Shown here: one piece after another, positions 11,901-24,060 of the stretch
Layout: each line of letters opens with the position of its first letter
Numbering within the stretch: the first letter of the stretch is position 1
NCBI RefSeq assembly: GCF_018350175.1
Contig: NC_058377.1
Coordinates: 104,842,001 to 104,906,000, forward strand
Length of the DNA: 64,000 bases
Origin: Felis catus
Taxonomy: Eukaryota
Direction of reading: 5' to 3'
The notes under the pieces: model-generated
Told to the model about the DNA's origin: nothing
The model's input: the letters and a program-made list of their open reading frames with translations, nothing else
Databases searched by the model: none
Position numbers and translations under genes: made by a program

Positions 11901-14900
11901 TCGAACTCATGACTCCAAGATAGAGTCCCATGTTCGTCCAGCTGAGCCAGACACCCCTAGGCATCCCAGTTTAAATGACAAACTCAACAGTGCCCCTACT
12001 TTCATAGTTTATTTCCATGCACGAGAAAATCTGCATCTGTAAAGGGTTTGCTCAAGCTAACACAGGCACAGAGAGTAAGAGAAGCCAGGTCTCCCGACTC
12101 CCAGGGCAACACCTAAGTACTGTCTCCCAGCCCACCCCCTACGTCTGCCGCACAGACACTAACTCCGAGGTCCTGGTCGGCCTCTTTGATCTGCCTTCAT
12201 CCTAGCAACAGTCCAGTGCTTCAGAAATGGCCATTTCGTCCTGGTGGTGTCCCAAGAAACAGCCTTGGCACATGGGATCACGCTGGCCAACATCCACGTG
12301 GCCTATGCCCCCACCAGCTGCTCCCCGACTCAGGACACGGGGTCCTTCGTGGTCTTCCAATTCCCTCTGACCCACTGTGGGACCACCGTCCAGGTAGGAG
12401 TGGGGCCATGGCCTGGTGCCCAGGACCGCCCCCCGGGGAGGGCCTCACCCAGCTGTCCTTCCTCTCCCACAGGTGGTTGGCAACCAGCTCCTCTATGAGA
12501 ACCAGCTGGTGTCAGACATCGACGTCCGAATGGGGCCACAGGGCTCCATCACACGGGATGGCGCCTTCCGGTGAGGGCAGCCTTTCTTGCACAGGCTGGG
12601 CTGTGGGCTTGGGTGGGAGGGGAGCACGGGTGAGCTTAGGACGGGCTGCGGAGCCACCTGGGCTCCGGTCCATGCTGTTCCCTGCTGTGTGATCTCAGGA
12701 GAGCCCCTGGGCTCATCCCAGCCTCCCCCACCAGCCCCAGGGTCCTCGGCAGCACTTGCCTTTTTTCCTCCAAGAACTAAGCTCAGAAGCTAAGCTGCAG
12801 GCATCCTCATCGAGGCCCCTAGAAAAAGTGGAGGCCGTGAGTGTGGCTGTTGCTACCTCCCCATTTCCGAGGTCACAAAGCCACAGATGAGGCAGAAAAT
12901 ACCTGGGGGGGGGGGGACTCTTGGAGGGTGTGCTGGGGTGGAGGGAGGAGCAGAGGGTTACCTCTTGTTGAAATGGGCCCCTGGGACCTGCAGGCTCCGG
13001 TTGCAGAACGAGCCCGGGAGGCCAGGGTGGGCACCCCGAGGGAGCTGGGCTTGTCACACCTGCCCTTGAACTTATGGGGCCAATACATCTGTGCATAAAA
13101 TCCTGTGCTTGGCACAGAGCGGAAGCCCAGGTGTCTTTCTCTCCACCCCACCCGCCCTGAGGGCCAGGGAAGGGTGCTGGTGTGAGGGTCCAAGTGTCTT
13201 TTGCTTTAAAATTCTAAGTGCCTCTACAGGCCAGGGGGTAGTTGGGGGTGGGGATAGATCGGCTGTGCTGTAGACCCTTGGGTTCACAAGTGGTGGGAGC
13301 TAGTCGGAACCCAGCAGGGCTCCAGGGGTTCCCAGAGGAAGGGGGCCGTGAGGGGGAACAGCTGTAGCCGGTGGGAATAGGCAGGTGGTCAGACAGGGTC
13401 TGCAGCTGGAGCTCGGGCCTCGCTCTCAGAAGTAAAGGGAGAGTGCCTAGGAGCTGGAGGTGAAGGTGGGTGGGGTAGGGTGGGGTCCGCTTCCCTAGCG
13501 GAACACCAGGGGGCTGGACGTGGGCCCCCCACTGGAAGTGTGTGGTGTCACTTAGGCCAGAGAGAGACCCCAGTCCCTAGGGCCCACCATCTACCACTGC
13601 AAGCACAGTGGTGACACTGGGGCGCTATCTGTGACCAGCTTGTGCTGTCCTGGGCAGGTGAGTGGGGCGGGGGGCGCAGGGCCCCCTAGCGGCTTGCTCC
13701 GTGGGGTCCGGCCACCCTGCTGGGCCGCGCCCTGGTTGTTGCATCCACGTAGCTGGCGGCTGGTTTAGTAAGTGAGCAGGCCATGCTGACGCTGGGTCTT
13801 CTCTCCACCCCGTGCTGTTGCACTTGGACTTCAGGCTTCACGTGCGCTGTACCGTCAACGCCAGTGACTTCCTGCCGCTCCAGGCGTCTATCTTCTCACC
13901 CCCCTCGCCGGTCCCCGTGATCCAGTCCGGCTCCCTGCGGTTCCAGCTGCGGATCGCCACGGGTACGGTCCCCGGAGCCCTCCTCTTCCTGCCCCACGTC
14001 CCCACGCACAGCCCTCCAAGGCTCACGAGTCCCTCGCTCTGCAGATGAGACTTTCCGCTTTTTCTACGAGGAGGGGGACTACCCCATCGTGAGGCTGCTC
14101 CGCGAGCCTGTGTCCGTGGAGGTCCGGCTCCTGGACAGGACAGACCCCGGTCTGGTCCTGCTGCTGCACCAGTGCTGGGCCACTCCCGGTGTCAGCCCCT
14201 TCCAGCAGCCTCAGTGGCCCATCCTGTCAGAGGGGTGAGCGGCAGTGGGGGCTGGGGCTGCCCTGGGGGCTCCCTCCATCCCCCTCCCTGGTCCCTCTGC
14301 GGCTTCCTTGGCCTCTTTCCTTCTCAGGTGTCCTTTCGACGGTGACAGCTACAGGACCCGAATGGTAGCCTCAGACGGGGCAGGGCTGTCCTTCCCGTCA
14401 CACCACCAGCGCTTTACCGTCACCACCTTCGCCCTCCTGGACCCTGACTCCCAGAGGGCCCTCAGGGGACAGGTGAGAAGTGCCTCGGAATGCCTGCTCC
14501 CCGAATGTTCCGTGGGATAAGCTGGTCCCCGAAGTCCTCCAGCACCCCGCAAGCTATGGGTCCCCGGAGGTCCCCAGACGGGGCTTCGTGGAGGGTGGTG
14601 AGCCAGGTCCTGGCCACCTCCAGACCATTCAAGAGGGAGGAAGGGAAACCCGGAGTATGGATGCCACCAACCCTAAATCTGCACCCTGTTCATGGTGTTC
14701 TAGAGTGACTTTGCTTCTGACTCTAGAAAGCGTGCGTTTCAATTCTGCTTGGAATGTTTATAATCTCTCAACTTCTCCGGGAGGTAAATGGGTCCACTTA
14801 GGGCATATTTAGGTTTTCTGCAGAAGGCACAAGTGACCCCGTAGGCCCTAGGCTTCCATGGAACTTGTTCTACTGAAAGATGCCCTCACAAGACTACATA

Positions 14901-16246
14901 CAGCCAACTCTGGATCTCGAAGCAGCCGCACGTTATTAGCCCAGGTGCAGACAGACGTCACCGGTTAGCACTGTGAGGGTGGCTTCATTCTCCTCTTTAC
15001 CTCCTGCCTCTCGGGAGCCAAGAGCCTCTCGCCTGCTGGATGAAGACGCGTCTGCTGGCTGGGCCTCCGGGGCTGGCTCAGCTCCGCTCCGCTCCTCCGG
15101 CTTCTTCTCCTCCTCCTGGGAGCTGCCCCTGGCTTTGTTTCTGGAAGCGGGGATAGCCCGTCCCCCGGCTGCCTGGCGGAGCCCCACCTCCTCGCAGGCC
15201 AGCACTGCCGGGGGACTCAGCAGTCGGGGCCACACTGGAGAAGCTGAGGGCTGGGGCCAACTCCCAGGCCGAGCTGCCTGCCCGCAAGGAACCCGGCTGC
15301 AGACTTGGGCCACCGGGAAGGAGGGGAGGCACAGGTTCCAAATTAGGAAACAACGGTTCTGGCGCTGACCCTCAGCAGGCGAGGCCGTGGTTTTGGTCTT
15401 GGTCTACACAGCCAGACCTCAGCCCGCCTGGCGGCCGGACAGCTGGCAGCAGTGTGGACTCCGCCTAGGTCCTGGATTCTGGGTGCTTCCTAGGTCTGGT
15501 GCTTCCTGCCCGTGGCTCCAAGCCGGCCCCGTGCTCTTGACCGTATTCTCTTCCCGCCAGGTTTACTTCTTCTGCCACTCCTCTGCCTGCTCCCCCTCGG
15601 GGCTGGAGACGTGCTCCACCACGTGCAGCTCTAGGCCCGCTAGTGAGTCCGGGGCAGGGCGGAGGGGCGGTCTTCGTTCTTCTGGCCGCAGGCCTGTTCT
15701 TGGCTTCTGGGCCAGAGACCGGCCCACGATGCCACCCCTCCCCCGCACAGGACAGCGAAGATCCTACACTCCGCACGGCGAGGCCACCAGGCCGCAGAAC
15801 CTCGTGAGCTCTCCAGGGCCAGTGGACTTTGAGGATTCCTCCGGGCAGGAGCCTCCGCTGGGGCCCACAGGTACCGGCAGGCGTGTTGCTGCCGGGGGAC
15901 CCTCGGCCACAGTGCAGGCGGGAAACGGTGTGACAGCACTGGGGCAGGGAACTGAGCAAAGACAGTCCACCTGACCCGGGGGGAGGGCAGCCTCAGCTCT
16001 GCCGGGCGTCATCACAAAGGTCTGGTGGGTGGAGACGGTCAGAGGAGCCTCGCTCAGCCCTGCAAGCCTTCAAACCCCTTCTCTCCCACAGGCTCCCCCA
16101 GGAACGCTAATCAGAGGCCTCTCCTCTGGGTGGTCCTTCTGCTGGTGGCTGTGGCCCTGGTCCTTGGGGTCGGGGTTTTCGAGGGCCTGAGCCAAGCCAA
16201 GCCCAGAAGCTCCAGGAGGGCGACAGAGGGCGACTGGGCTCAATAA
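8931..16246 (+). CDS. ZP1: Zona pellucida sperm-binding protein 1, intact, 12 exons, 627 aa (634 aa if ATG 8910 is used)
   Basis: join(8931-9129,10404-10525,10748-11060,11226-11369,12206-12393,12473-12570,13835-13962,14045-14234,14328-14472,15561-15642,15751-15870,16092-16246) = 1884 nt, all GT-AG, no internal stop. Encodes a signal peptide, ZP-N1 ([28 protein letters not shown]), a Pro/Thr linker, a trefoil domain (exon 4), the ZP module, furin site RQRR and a C-terminal transmembrane segment. Confidence 0.97.
9850..10080 (+). mobile_element. CanSINE in ZP1 intron 1
   Basis: ggggccccccgggtggctcagtcagt head, (CTGT)n/(CT)n tract and A-tail. Confidence 0.9.
11586..11798 (-). mobile_element. 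CanSINE in ZP1 intron 4
   Basis: T-tail, gagagacagcgcaagcagg...ctgagccacccaggcgcccc. Confidence 0.92.
11856..11960 (-). mobile_element. Short CanSINE fragment
   Basis: tttatttaagtaatc...ctcgaactcatgactccaagat...ctgagccagacacccc. Confidence 0.7.
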
Positions 16247-16247
16247 A
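16242..16247 (+). terminator. ZP1 polyadenylation signal AATAAA overlapping the stop codon
   Basis: CAA TAA A: the TAA stop at 16244-16246 lies inside AATAAA. A GT-rich element follows downstream (cgtgttccttcgtgtc). Confidence 0.8.
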
Positions 16248-18315
16248 GCACCGTGTCCAGCCTGCCCAGCGGGTGTGGAAAGCTATTCGTGGCGACTAGA
16301 AAGATTCGGTCTCAGAAGCGTGTTCCTTCGTGTCAGGTCTGTCGTGTCAGAACCGTGACCTCTTCGACAAATACTTAATACGGGCCGCACCCTGGGCAGA
16401 GTCCGGTGTCTCCCAAGGCTGATTCGGGAGACTTTGCCTTTCAGCAAGGAGAGACGGCATTCCAGAGAGAACCAGATAAGCGAGGGTAGAGGAGGGTACA
16501 ATACAGCAGAGTCCGAGCCCCAGTAGGTAGGAATGGGGAGCCCCGAGGGTGAAATGGCCCGCGAAGGCCTGACCCCGTCGCCCAGACGTGGGAGTTCTGA
16601 CTTTCTCACAGCACGCTGCTCAGCTCCCCGTGGGGAAGGGGCACCCAGAGCTCCTGGGGGCGTTGAAGGAACTCTTCAGTCTCGCTCTGAGCCTCAGCTT
16701 CCTGCTAAAGGATGCTGGGGCCCGCCAGCCTCCCTCTCCCCTCCTTCAGCACACGCCCCCCCCCCACCCACCCCCCACCCCGCCAGACTAGTCCACTCCT
16801 GGGCTGACACAGCAGCCTCTTGGCCCTGATGCTGGCTGCCACAGCGAGCCTGGCCGCCCCCCCCCCCACACCCCCTCCCCCAGCTCAGTACCAGCGCTGG
16901 TTGTGTGGCTGACTTCCGTGTGCCCCTGTAGGACCTAGGCCTTCATCTCTGACTTGGCCACAAAGAACTTTCCAGACTGACCTGTAGATCTAGGCTGGGA
17001 AGGGGTAGCAGTTGGGAGGGGTTGGGGGGGTGGGGTAGGGTTCAGCCTCTGGTGACAGGAGAGAATAATCTGGTAGGTGGGTCCAAACTTGATTTTCGAT
17101 CTTTTTTCTAAAGGCCTTGGTGGGGCATGAGCTGTGACAGGGAACCACACAAGTCAGGCCGGGGGCCTTGACACTAGGCAGGGGCTCCTCCTTTCTGGCC
17201 CGCTCCACCTTCTCGGTCTGGGGATACTGGTCAAATAGAGGGGCTCCAAAATCAAGCTGCTTTGTTACAACCCCAGTTCTGTCTCTTACTAGCTGTAATA
17301 CTGAGTTACTGAACTTCTGGGAGCCTGTTTCCCCCTCTGGAAAATGGGGGTGATCCCCATCCCCACCCCCACAGGGGTGTTAGGTAAATTAGCAGAAGAA
17401 TCCCTCAAGGAGCACATGACAACATTTACTGAACGCCGTAAACTACTAGAATTTTTCTTCTCTGCCCCAAGCTTCACGCTTTGCTTAAACTCTGAAGCCC
17501 AGTTTATAGCCCAGAGGAGGAGGGGCTGGGGAAAAGGCTCGCTGGGGGTGGCAGCATGGATCTTCGGGCCCGAGTGTTCTAGACACTTGCCGTGGGAGTT
17601 AGCCAAGGAACTTCCCTTGTCTGGGGCTGCCTTCCCGCTGTGACCAGGGATGGCCAGTGCTGTCTGACCTCCTGGCCTGTACTCGGGGGCCAGGGTGAAA
17701 TTATGAGGATTCGTAGCTTTGGTGTTGGGTGAAGGAGCCAGACTGACTTGGTCTGAAGGGGTCAAGGTTCTGGTTCCTCCATCCAGGACCGACTCTTCTT
17801 TCTTACCACGGCCTTCGTCATCCAGGCTCACGTAGGCATTTCAAATGGCACAGAAGGGTGGTTCTATGAATTGCATCGATGCTGTGCTTAACCACGATTC
17901 TGTAGCTCCCACGTGGAATCACATTATGTAACTTTAAGGGTGTCGTGTGTGTTTTCTTACCACAAAGGTAGACCTCTTGAATTATTCCCTATTTTAATAG
18001 CTGCCGTCTCTTCCATCTCGCCGTTAAACTGATACATTTGATCTCCTTTGGGTAGAATTCAAATCTATGAATGTGAACCCTTGTTATCTAAGCATGTGAT
18101 TCTTTGTATACAGTTCTCTCAGAAGTTCTCAGAACCGCTGGATCAAAAGCTGTGCGCCTTCTGTCAGGCTCTGGGGGAACACACGGGGTGCCAGTAGCCT
18201 GCGCCCCCACCCGCACCCCACTCCACCTTGCTGCCACAGATCAGTATCGTTCTAAAGCTTTGCCACCCGCGCCGCCTAAGGCAGATAGCGTTGCTGGCCT
18301 AAAATGTAACTCTTT

Positions 18316-18485
18316 GGGGGCGCCCGGGTGGCTCAGTCGGTTAAGAGTCCCACTCTCGATTTCAGCTCAGGTCATGATCTCCTGGGCATGAGATCGAGTC
18401 CACACTAGGCGTGGAGCCTGCTTGAGATTCTCTTCCTCTTCTGCCCCTTCTCTCTCTCTCTCAAATACATATTAATTTTTTTTAA
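18316..18485 (+). mobile_element. CanSINE with 16-bp TSD
   Basis: taaaatgtaactcttt (18300-18315) and taaaatgtacctcttt (18486-18501) flank the element. Confidence 0.92.
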
Positions 18486-20129
18486 TAAAATGTACCTCTT
18501 TGATTAGAGGACAAGCATCTTTATAGCCTCGGGGTCTTATGAACTTTCTCTTTGTGTCTCTGCCCTCCTGAACTTCTCTCCCTGTCTGCAGAGAGCTTCC
18601 CCAAGTCAGGGGGCAGGCAGGGTCTCCATCTTCTTTCCCACCAAGTCTGCCCCCTGCTCCCTTCCTCGGTGCAGCTCTTCTGTCTTGCTGTTCGAGAGGA
18701 TTAGGCAGCTGTCGTTTTTCCCTCCTATTTGTATCTTCGAATGTGGCCAGAACCTTATTACCCTATGTAATCACCAAAGGATCCGTTTGCTCTCCGGATG
18801 TCCCAACGTGGCGCTTGAGGTGTTTCTCGCCCACTGTCAAGTGTATGCAGGTGTGGGGATTTTGACAACTTTGGCAATCGGTACTTGTCCGCGGAGTTTG
18901 TCAACACTCCTGTGTCCAAGGGCTCTGTTGACAGGAGCGGACGGACGGACGTGAGCAGTGAGGGTCGCTGCGGCACGGGGTTCCCTTGCTTTCCCCGGAG
19001 AGGGGCAATCTCGGCTTTGGCTTTCGCAGATCTCAAAACCCCGTCCAAATTCTGCCCAACGTAGAACTTCTTCCCTCCCCTAAACCACCTCTGAGCCGGA
19101 GCAGGAACTCGAGCCTTGACAACAGTTGGGTCAGACCTGATGGGGTTGATAACAAACCACTTGTGCTGACCTGTGGCAGGAAGCAGAGCGGCTCAGGGGC
19201 CTCTCAGGTTCTCTCTTCCTGCCCTTTTAGGGAGGGGGTAAGGGCTAGGGCTGGAGCTGGGTGAAGATCCCACGGACTCCCCTACTTCGCCTGCCCCCAG
19301 GCTCCCTCATGCTTCTATGTTGGCAGAGACCAAAGCCACGTGCTCTGCCTTAAAGGGGGACGACACCTCACAGCCTGTCGCCTCGACTTCAGCAACCTCT
19401 GACTCCCTGAAGAGTGGCCGCGTGCCCAGGCATTTCTGTAAGAGCTTTTCCTAGAAAAGTGTCACTTCTGTCCCAGCAGCAGGAAGACTAGATGCCCGAT
19501 CAACCTTCGGAAGGAAACCACTAAACTGTCAGATGATATGCACATCTGTTAAAAACCTGTTTACATCATCACAAACAGGAGACGGGGGAAAACATGCACA
19601 TAGGCCAAAAATAAAAGCAAAAACTCTGAGAAGTAAAACCAACTTCTATTCTGGGGTTTCTGCAGAACGCTGGAGACCTTGATGTTCTGTTTTAACAAGT
19701 CCAGGGGAGCAGAGGTCAAGCCCAGAGCCTGCCAAATGTGGGGCATCTCGAGCTGGGCCTCCTATGGAAGCTGGGACTGGAGAGGGCTTCATCCTCGATG
19801 CAAGACTGAAGGAGAAATGAACCCCTTGCACAGACGGGGGCAGCAAGGGGCCTTGCCTATTTTCAACTCCGTGCTGGATAGACAGACACAAACAACAAAA
19901 AGCACTCCCCCGAGAGTGACAATTCCGTCTTCTCTAGGGTGTGCAGGCCAAGTTCTTAGACGAGGGTAGGGGTCTTGGGAATGCTCAAAGTTTCAGTTGA
20001 AAAAAAGCTCAATGGCTAAATTTAATTTGAAGTGATCCCCAGGCTTCAGGCAAGAGCAAATAAATGCAAATCCTGGCGGGGGGCGGGGGGGGGGGCGCAG
20101 AATGTGGTTTCAGCCAGTCTCAAAGAATT

Positions 20130-21545
20130 CTCATAATAACTTCCAAACTCATGAGATACTATAGAGTGAAAAGATAAGGCACACACTGGGAAGATAGTAA
20201 TACCTTGACAAAATGATCAAACACAGAATGTGGGGGGGGGGGGGGCTGGACGTGGATGAAAAGAGGCTCCACCCCATCAGTAACCACAGATGTGAAAATT
20301 AAACTTCAAGGTACTATCACACACCCACGAGACTAGCAAAATTTAAAAATCAGAAAACACGAAGGGGTGGTGAAGGGTATGAAGGCTCGAACACTCCTCC
20401 ACATGGTTAACGAGAGTGCAGACTGATAATGCTGTGTGGCTAAAGGGCTTGTCGTTGCCTATGGTGCCATCTATACACGTCCCCTCCTAGGTTCACTAAT
20501 AGCCTAGGAAAGACCCTTGCGACAGAATGTTCACAGAAACATTGTTTGTGATAGGCAAATTGGAAACAACACGTGTCAGGCGTCAACAGCAGGCCACAGC
20601 AACGCACTGTGGGTGTGAACCTATGACCGAGTCCCACAGTGAACGAGAGGGTTTATCTGTTCGGGTTTATCACTCGCAGGCTGGCCTCCCCGAAAAGGGA
20701 ACTGTCCTCTTACAAGGCTCCGTGGAGTCCGGCCACTGCCAAGTGCCTAAGGCGCCGATCAATTACAAAGCTTGGACCCCAGCCCCCTGATGAGGCGCTT
20801 TTCTGAGGATGAAGGCGGCACTCATCAGCTAACTCCCGCCACGCGGGCTGGCCACCACGGCCAGCTGCAAGAACAGTGTGGACCCTAGATCCGCGACTGT
20901 ATCGGGGCAGGGTCGGTGCAGCCCCCCAGACGGTGAGCTGGCAGGTTAGGGCTGGAACAAAGGTTCTGCTGCGTCACGGCTCCCGTGTCCCCTCCCCTGG
21001 TGACCGTGGCAGAGCTGAGCCTCGTGACCATGCAGCTGAAATGCACCACAGCCCCACGTGGGCACCTCCCGCGCACAGCGCACTGCCCTGCGAGGGACGG
21101 GCCACGTGGGACCCGCCCTGTGGGGCCGCTGCCCTCTCCAAGGCGCGCGGTTCCAGAAGCCTGGTGGGAGTTCTGTCTGGCCACTGCCTTTGCACAGCAG
21201 TGAATGAACCATAACCACACGCGTCAACGCGGGTAAATCTCGAGAACAACGTGAAGCAAATGAAGTCAGAGCAAGCTGAACGATTTCAGGTCCAAGAAGT
21301 TCAAAATTAAGCATCCCCCCCTCCCCCCATACGCACAATATCGTGGTAAAATTAAAGGGAAAAGTGGAAGAAGGATCTACCTGTTTCAGGGGAGTGGTTT
21401 CTTCTGCAGTCACAGAAGAACAGAGGGCCCCCACTACTGTCCTTAAGCTGGGCGCTGGATACAAGGGTGTTTAGTATTCTTTAAACTGAAAAGGTATGTT
21501 TGAGGCCCTTTTGAGCCAATGTTTCACCATAAGCAATTTCAAAAA
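20130..21545 (+). mobile_element. Interrupted, degraded ancient L1 (L1ME-like) fragments
   Basis: Patches such as acacacccacgagactagcaaaatttaaaaa, gaatgttcacagaaacattgtttgtgataggcaaattggaaacaac and ttcaggggagtggtt resemble L1 3' ends. Confidence 0.5.
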
Positions 21546-23332
21546 TGTCAAAGGCCTGTTCCCACGGCTGCAAACCTCCCGGTGAGATCTTCGACTTCAG
21601 GCTGCTGGTTGAGACTCCAGTCTGCTGGGCATTTCTCCAGGATTCTCATCGCCCGGCTGTCCACACTGTCTGCTCTCCCCTCCCGGCTCGTCCGTGGGCC
21701 CGCTCCCCCGCCCCTCCTCGCTTCAGCCAGGCGGTGGGCAGCCGCGTCCTCTCCTTCACCGGCCACCCCCACTCTGCTCCTCTGCTCTGTGTCCCAAACC
21801 TGCCTGTCACCTCTCCTCAGACCTACCTGACTCGCGGAACGGCCACGACCCCTCCTCCACGTCTGCGCCTCTCAGAACTCGTCCCGTGGCCGTGGTCATC
21901 CGCACGCTGCCGCCTCCCCGACTGGCCTACGTCCCCGGTCACTCTGTGTCTCCAGAGCCTTCATCTTTGTGACACAGCCGTCGAGCGTCAGGGGCCACCA
22001 CGACCCCGAGAGTGTCACTGGATGCCAGCGCAGACAGAAGCAGGGAAAACAGCAGCCAACAACGTGTGCTCTCCACGTGCGTTCGCGCCATTAACCCTCG
22101 GCCACCGTCTGAAGCAGGCACCTGTTGGCCAGGTTTTCAGATGCGGAAACTGAGACACGGACGCGGGCACAGAGACCTGGTGAGCCGGGATCCGAACCGG
22201 GTTGGATCCCAGAGCCCACACTTAACCACGACTCTGCCCTCCTAGAAAACCGGAGCGGGCTGTCAGCTCCCCGTGCCTGTCCTCACAGGTGACGGGGTAG
22301 TCAGCTGGGTCTCTGCAGCCGGATGGCTTCAGATCCCAGCTCCATGACTCGCTGGGCGGCCTGAGGCCGAGGCACCCCGAGAGGTTGTTTCCGTCTGTAC
22401 AATGGGGGTAAGGGCACCTGCCCGGCACAGTTGTCCTCTGGTGCGGAGCTGCCCCGGTGCCCGTGTTGCCGGAGAGACTAACGTAACCACAGTGCCCCCA
22501 GGTGGCCGCCCTGGCCAGCGCCCCAAGGCCAAGCAACCTCCAAGGGCGGAGGAACATGGGGTTTGGACACACTTGGTCCCCAGGCGCGAGCCCAGGCGCG
22601 GATTGCCAAGGAGCCAGAGTTCATGCTGGCTGCAGTGAGCCCCGATTACACCACAGACCATTTCCCTTCAGACACCGGGACTAACGACTCCTCAATCCTG
22701 AACACAAAACTCAGGAGCCTGACAACACGAGTCCAGAAGAGGTGAGCCCTCTTAGAATCCACCAGAACCCACCCCACCGGCTGAGAACTATTGCCAGAAG
22801 GTTCACCTACAAGGCGGCTGAGCCCACAATGGAGAGAGAACGGCGGAGGGTGGGGGGTGGGGGGGCAGCTCTCCATCCCATCTTGGCCGAAATAACCAAG
22901 TCTGTCATCCCCCTGCTTCTGTGTCCTAGGAGAGTCAGAGCCTGGGCTCTGGACTGAGCCCCCCGAGTTGAGTCCGCCTGTCACTGAGCAGCAACGTGAC
23001 ATACAGGAAAGGGGGCGTGACAGCGGTGAGCACACGGCCCCGCCCTTGGAATGAAAATCTAGTTGAGAAAGACAAACGCACGGACACCCGCGAGATCACG
23101 GAGCCGTGCTAGAGCCGGGCACCGTGGCCCGGTGAGGTCGCTCCCCTGCGGGGCTTCCTGGAGCGAGCCCATCTCTGGGGAGGGACCCCGGAGAAGAGCA
23201 CGCAGGGCGGGAGGGCGGAGGTAGCTGGCGGAGGAGTAACGGGGGCAGTACCAGCAGTGGCGTGGGAGTCGCAGTGCCGGGCAAGCGGTCAGGCAGTGGG
23301 GACAGCGCCCCCACTTGGGAATACAAGCGTTA

Positions 23333-23655
23333 CGGGGGACCCTTGAACAACGCAGCGGTTAGGGTACCAGCCCCCGGGGAGTTGAACATCCGTGTGTAAG
23401 TCTGACTTCCGGGGTTTAACTACTCACAGCCTATCGAGCGGAAGCCTCACGGTAACACCGAAGCTGACGCAGACGCGTCTTCATCATAGCGTATCGCAAA
23501 TGCACACGTCCACGTATTGTATACCTTCCTCTGACAATGAAGTCAGCCATGGAAAACGGTACTCGGAAGATTGTAAGAGAAAATACGCGTAGGGCACCGC
23601 ACTGTGTTCACCGAAAAGAAGTCTGCGTGTGAATGCACCTGCACCATTGGGGTCG
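23333..23655 (+). mobile_element. Tigger2-family (TcMar-Tigger) non-autonomous DNA transposon remnant
   Basis: Starts gacccttgaacaacgc...ggttaggg, with internal ttaactact..agcct..ggaagcct. Resembles the recalled Tigger2/MER28 consensus. Confidence 0.65.
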
Positions 23656-23672
23656 TTAAGCTAGTAGTAAAC

Positions 23673-24060
23673 TAGGAGGAGGAGGACGACGAGTGGGGGC
23701 AGGGGTGGCAGAAGCAAAGGCCAGAGAAGCAACGGCGATAGAACTGGCGGCGGCAGCAGAAGTGGGACGAGTATCAGCGGCAGGAGCTGGAATGGTAGGA
23801 GTGCCGACAGGAGCAAAAGTGGTGGCAGTGGCACAAATGGTGGCCGCAGGTGGCAGGAGCAGTGGGGGTGGTAGGAGTGCTAGGAGGGTAGGAGCACTAC
23901 AGGTAGCCGGAGGAAGAGGAGGGGAGGAGGAGGAGGGGAGCAGGAGGGAGAGGGGAGGAGGAGGATGGGGAGGGACAGCAGCAGGAGGAGGGAGAGCAGC
24001 AGGAGGGACAGCAGCAGGAGGAGGGACAGGAGCAGGAGTGGTCACAGTTGAAGCGGCAGC
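23673..24060. repeat. Purine-rich degenerate triplet low-complexity tract (GGA/GCA/GTA/GTG)
   Basis: About 390 nt with triplet periodicity, ending in (GGA)n and ggagggacagcagca-type units. Confidence 0.85.

Noticed and set aside
18685-19100. Unique-looking segment with TGTCAACA/TGTTGACA inverted repeats and 89-96 aa ORFs
   Set aside because: The stems are short and imperfect and the translations resemble no family I know. It may be an old repeat, and Dfam/Rfam searches would be needed.
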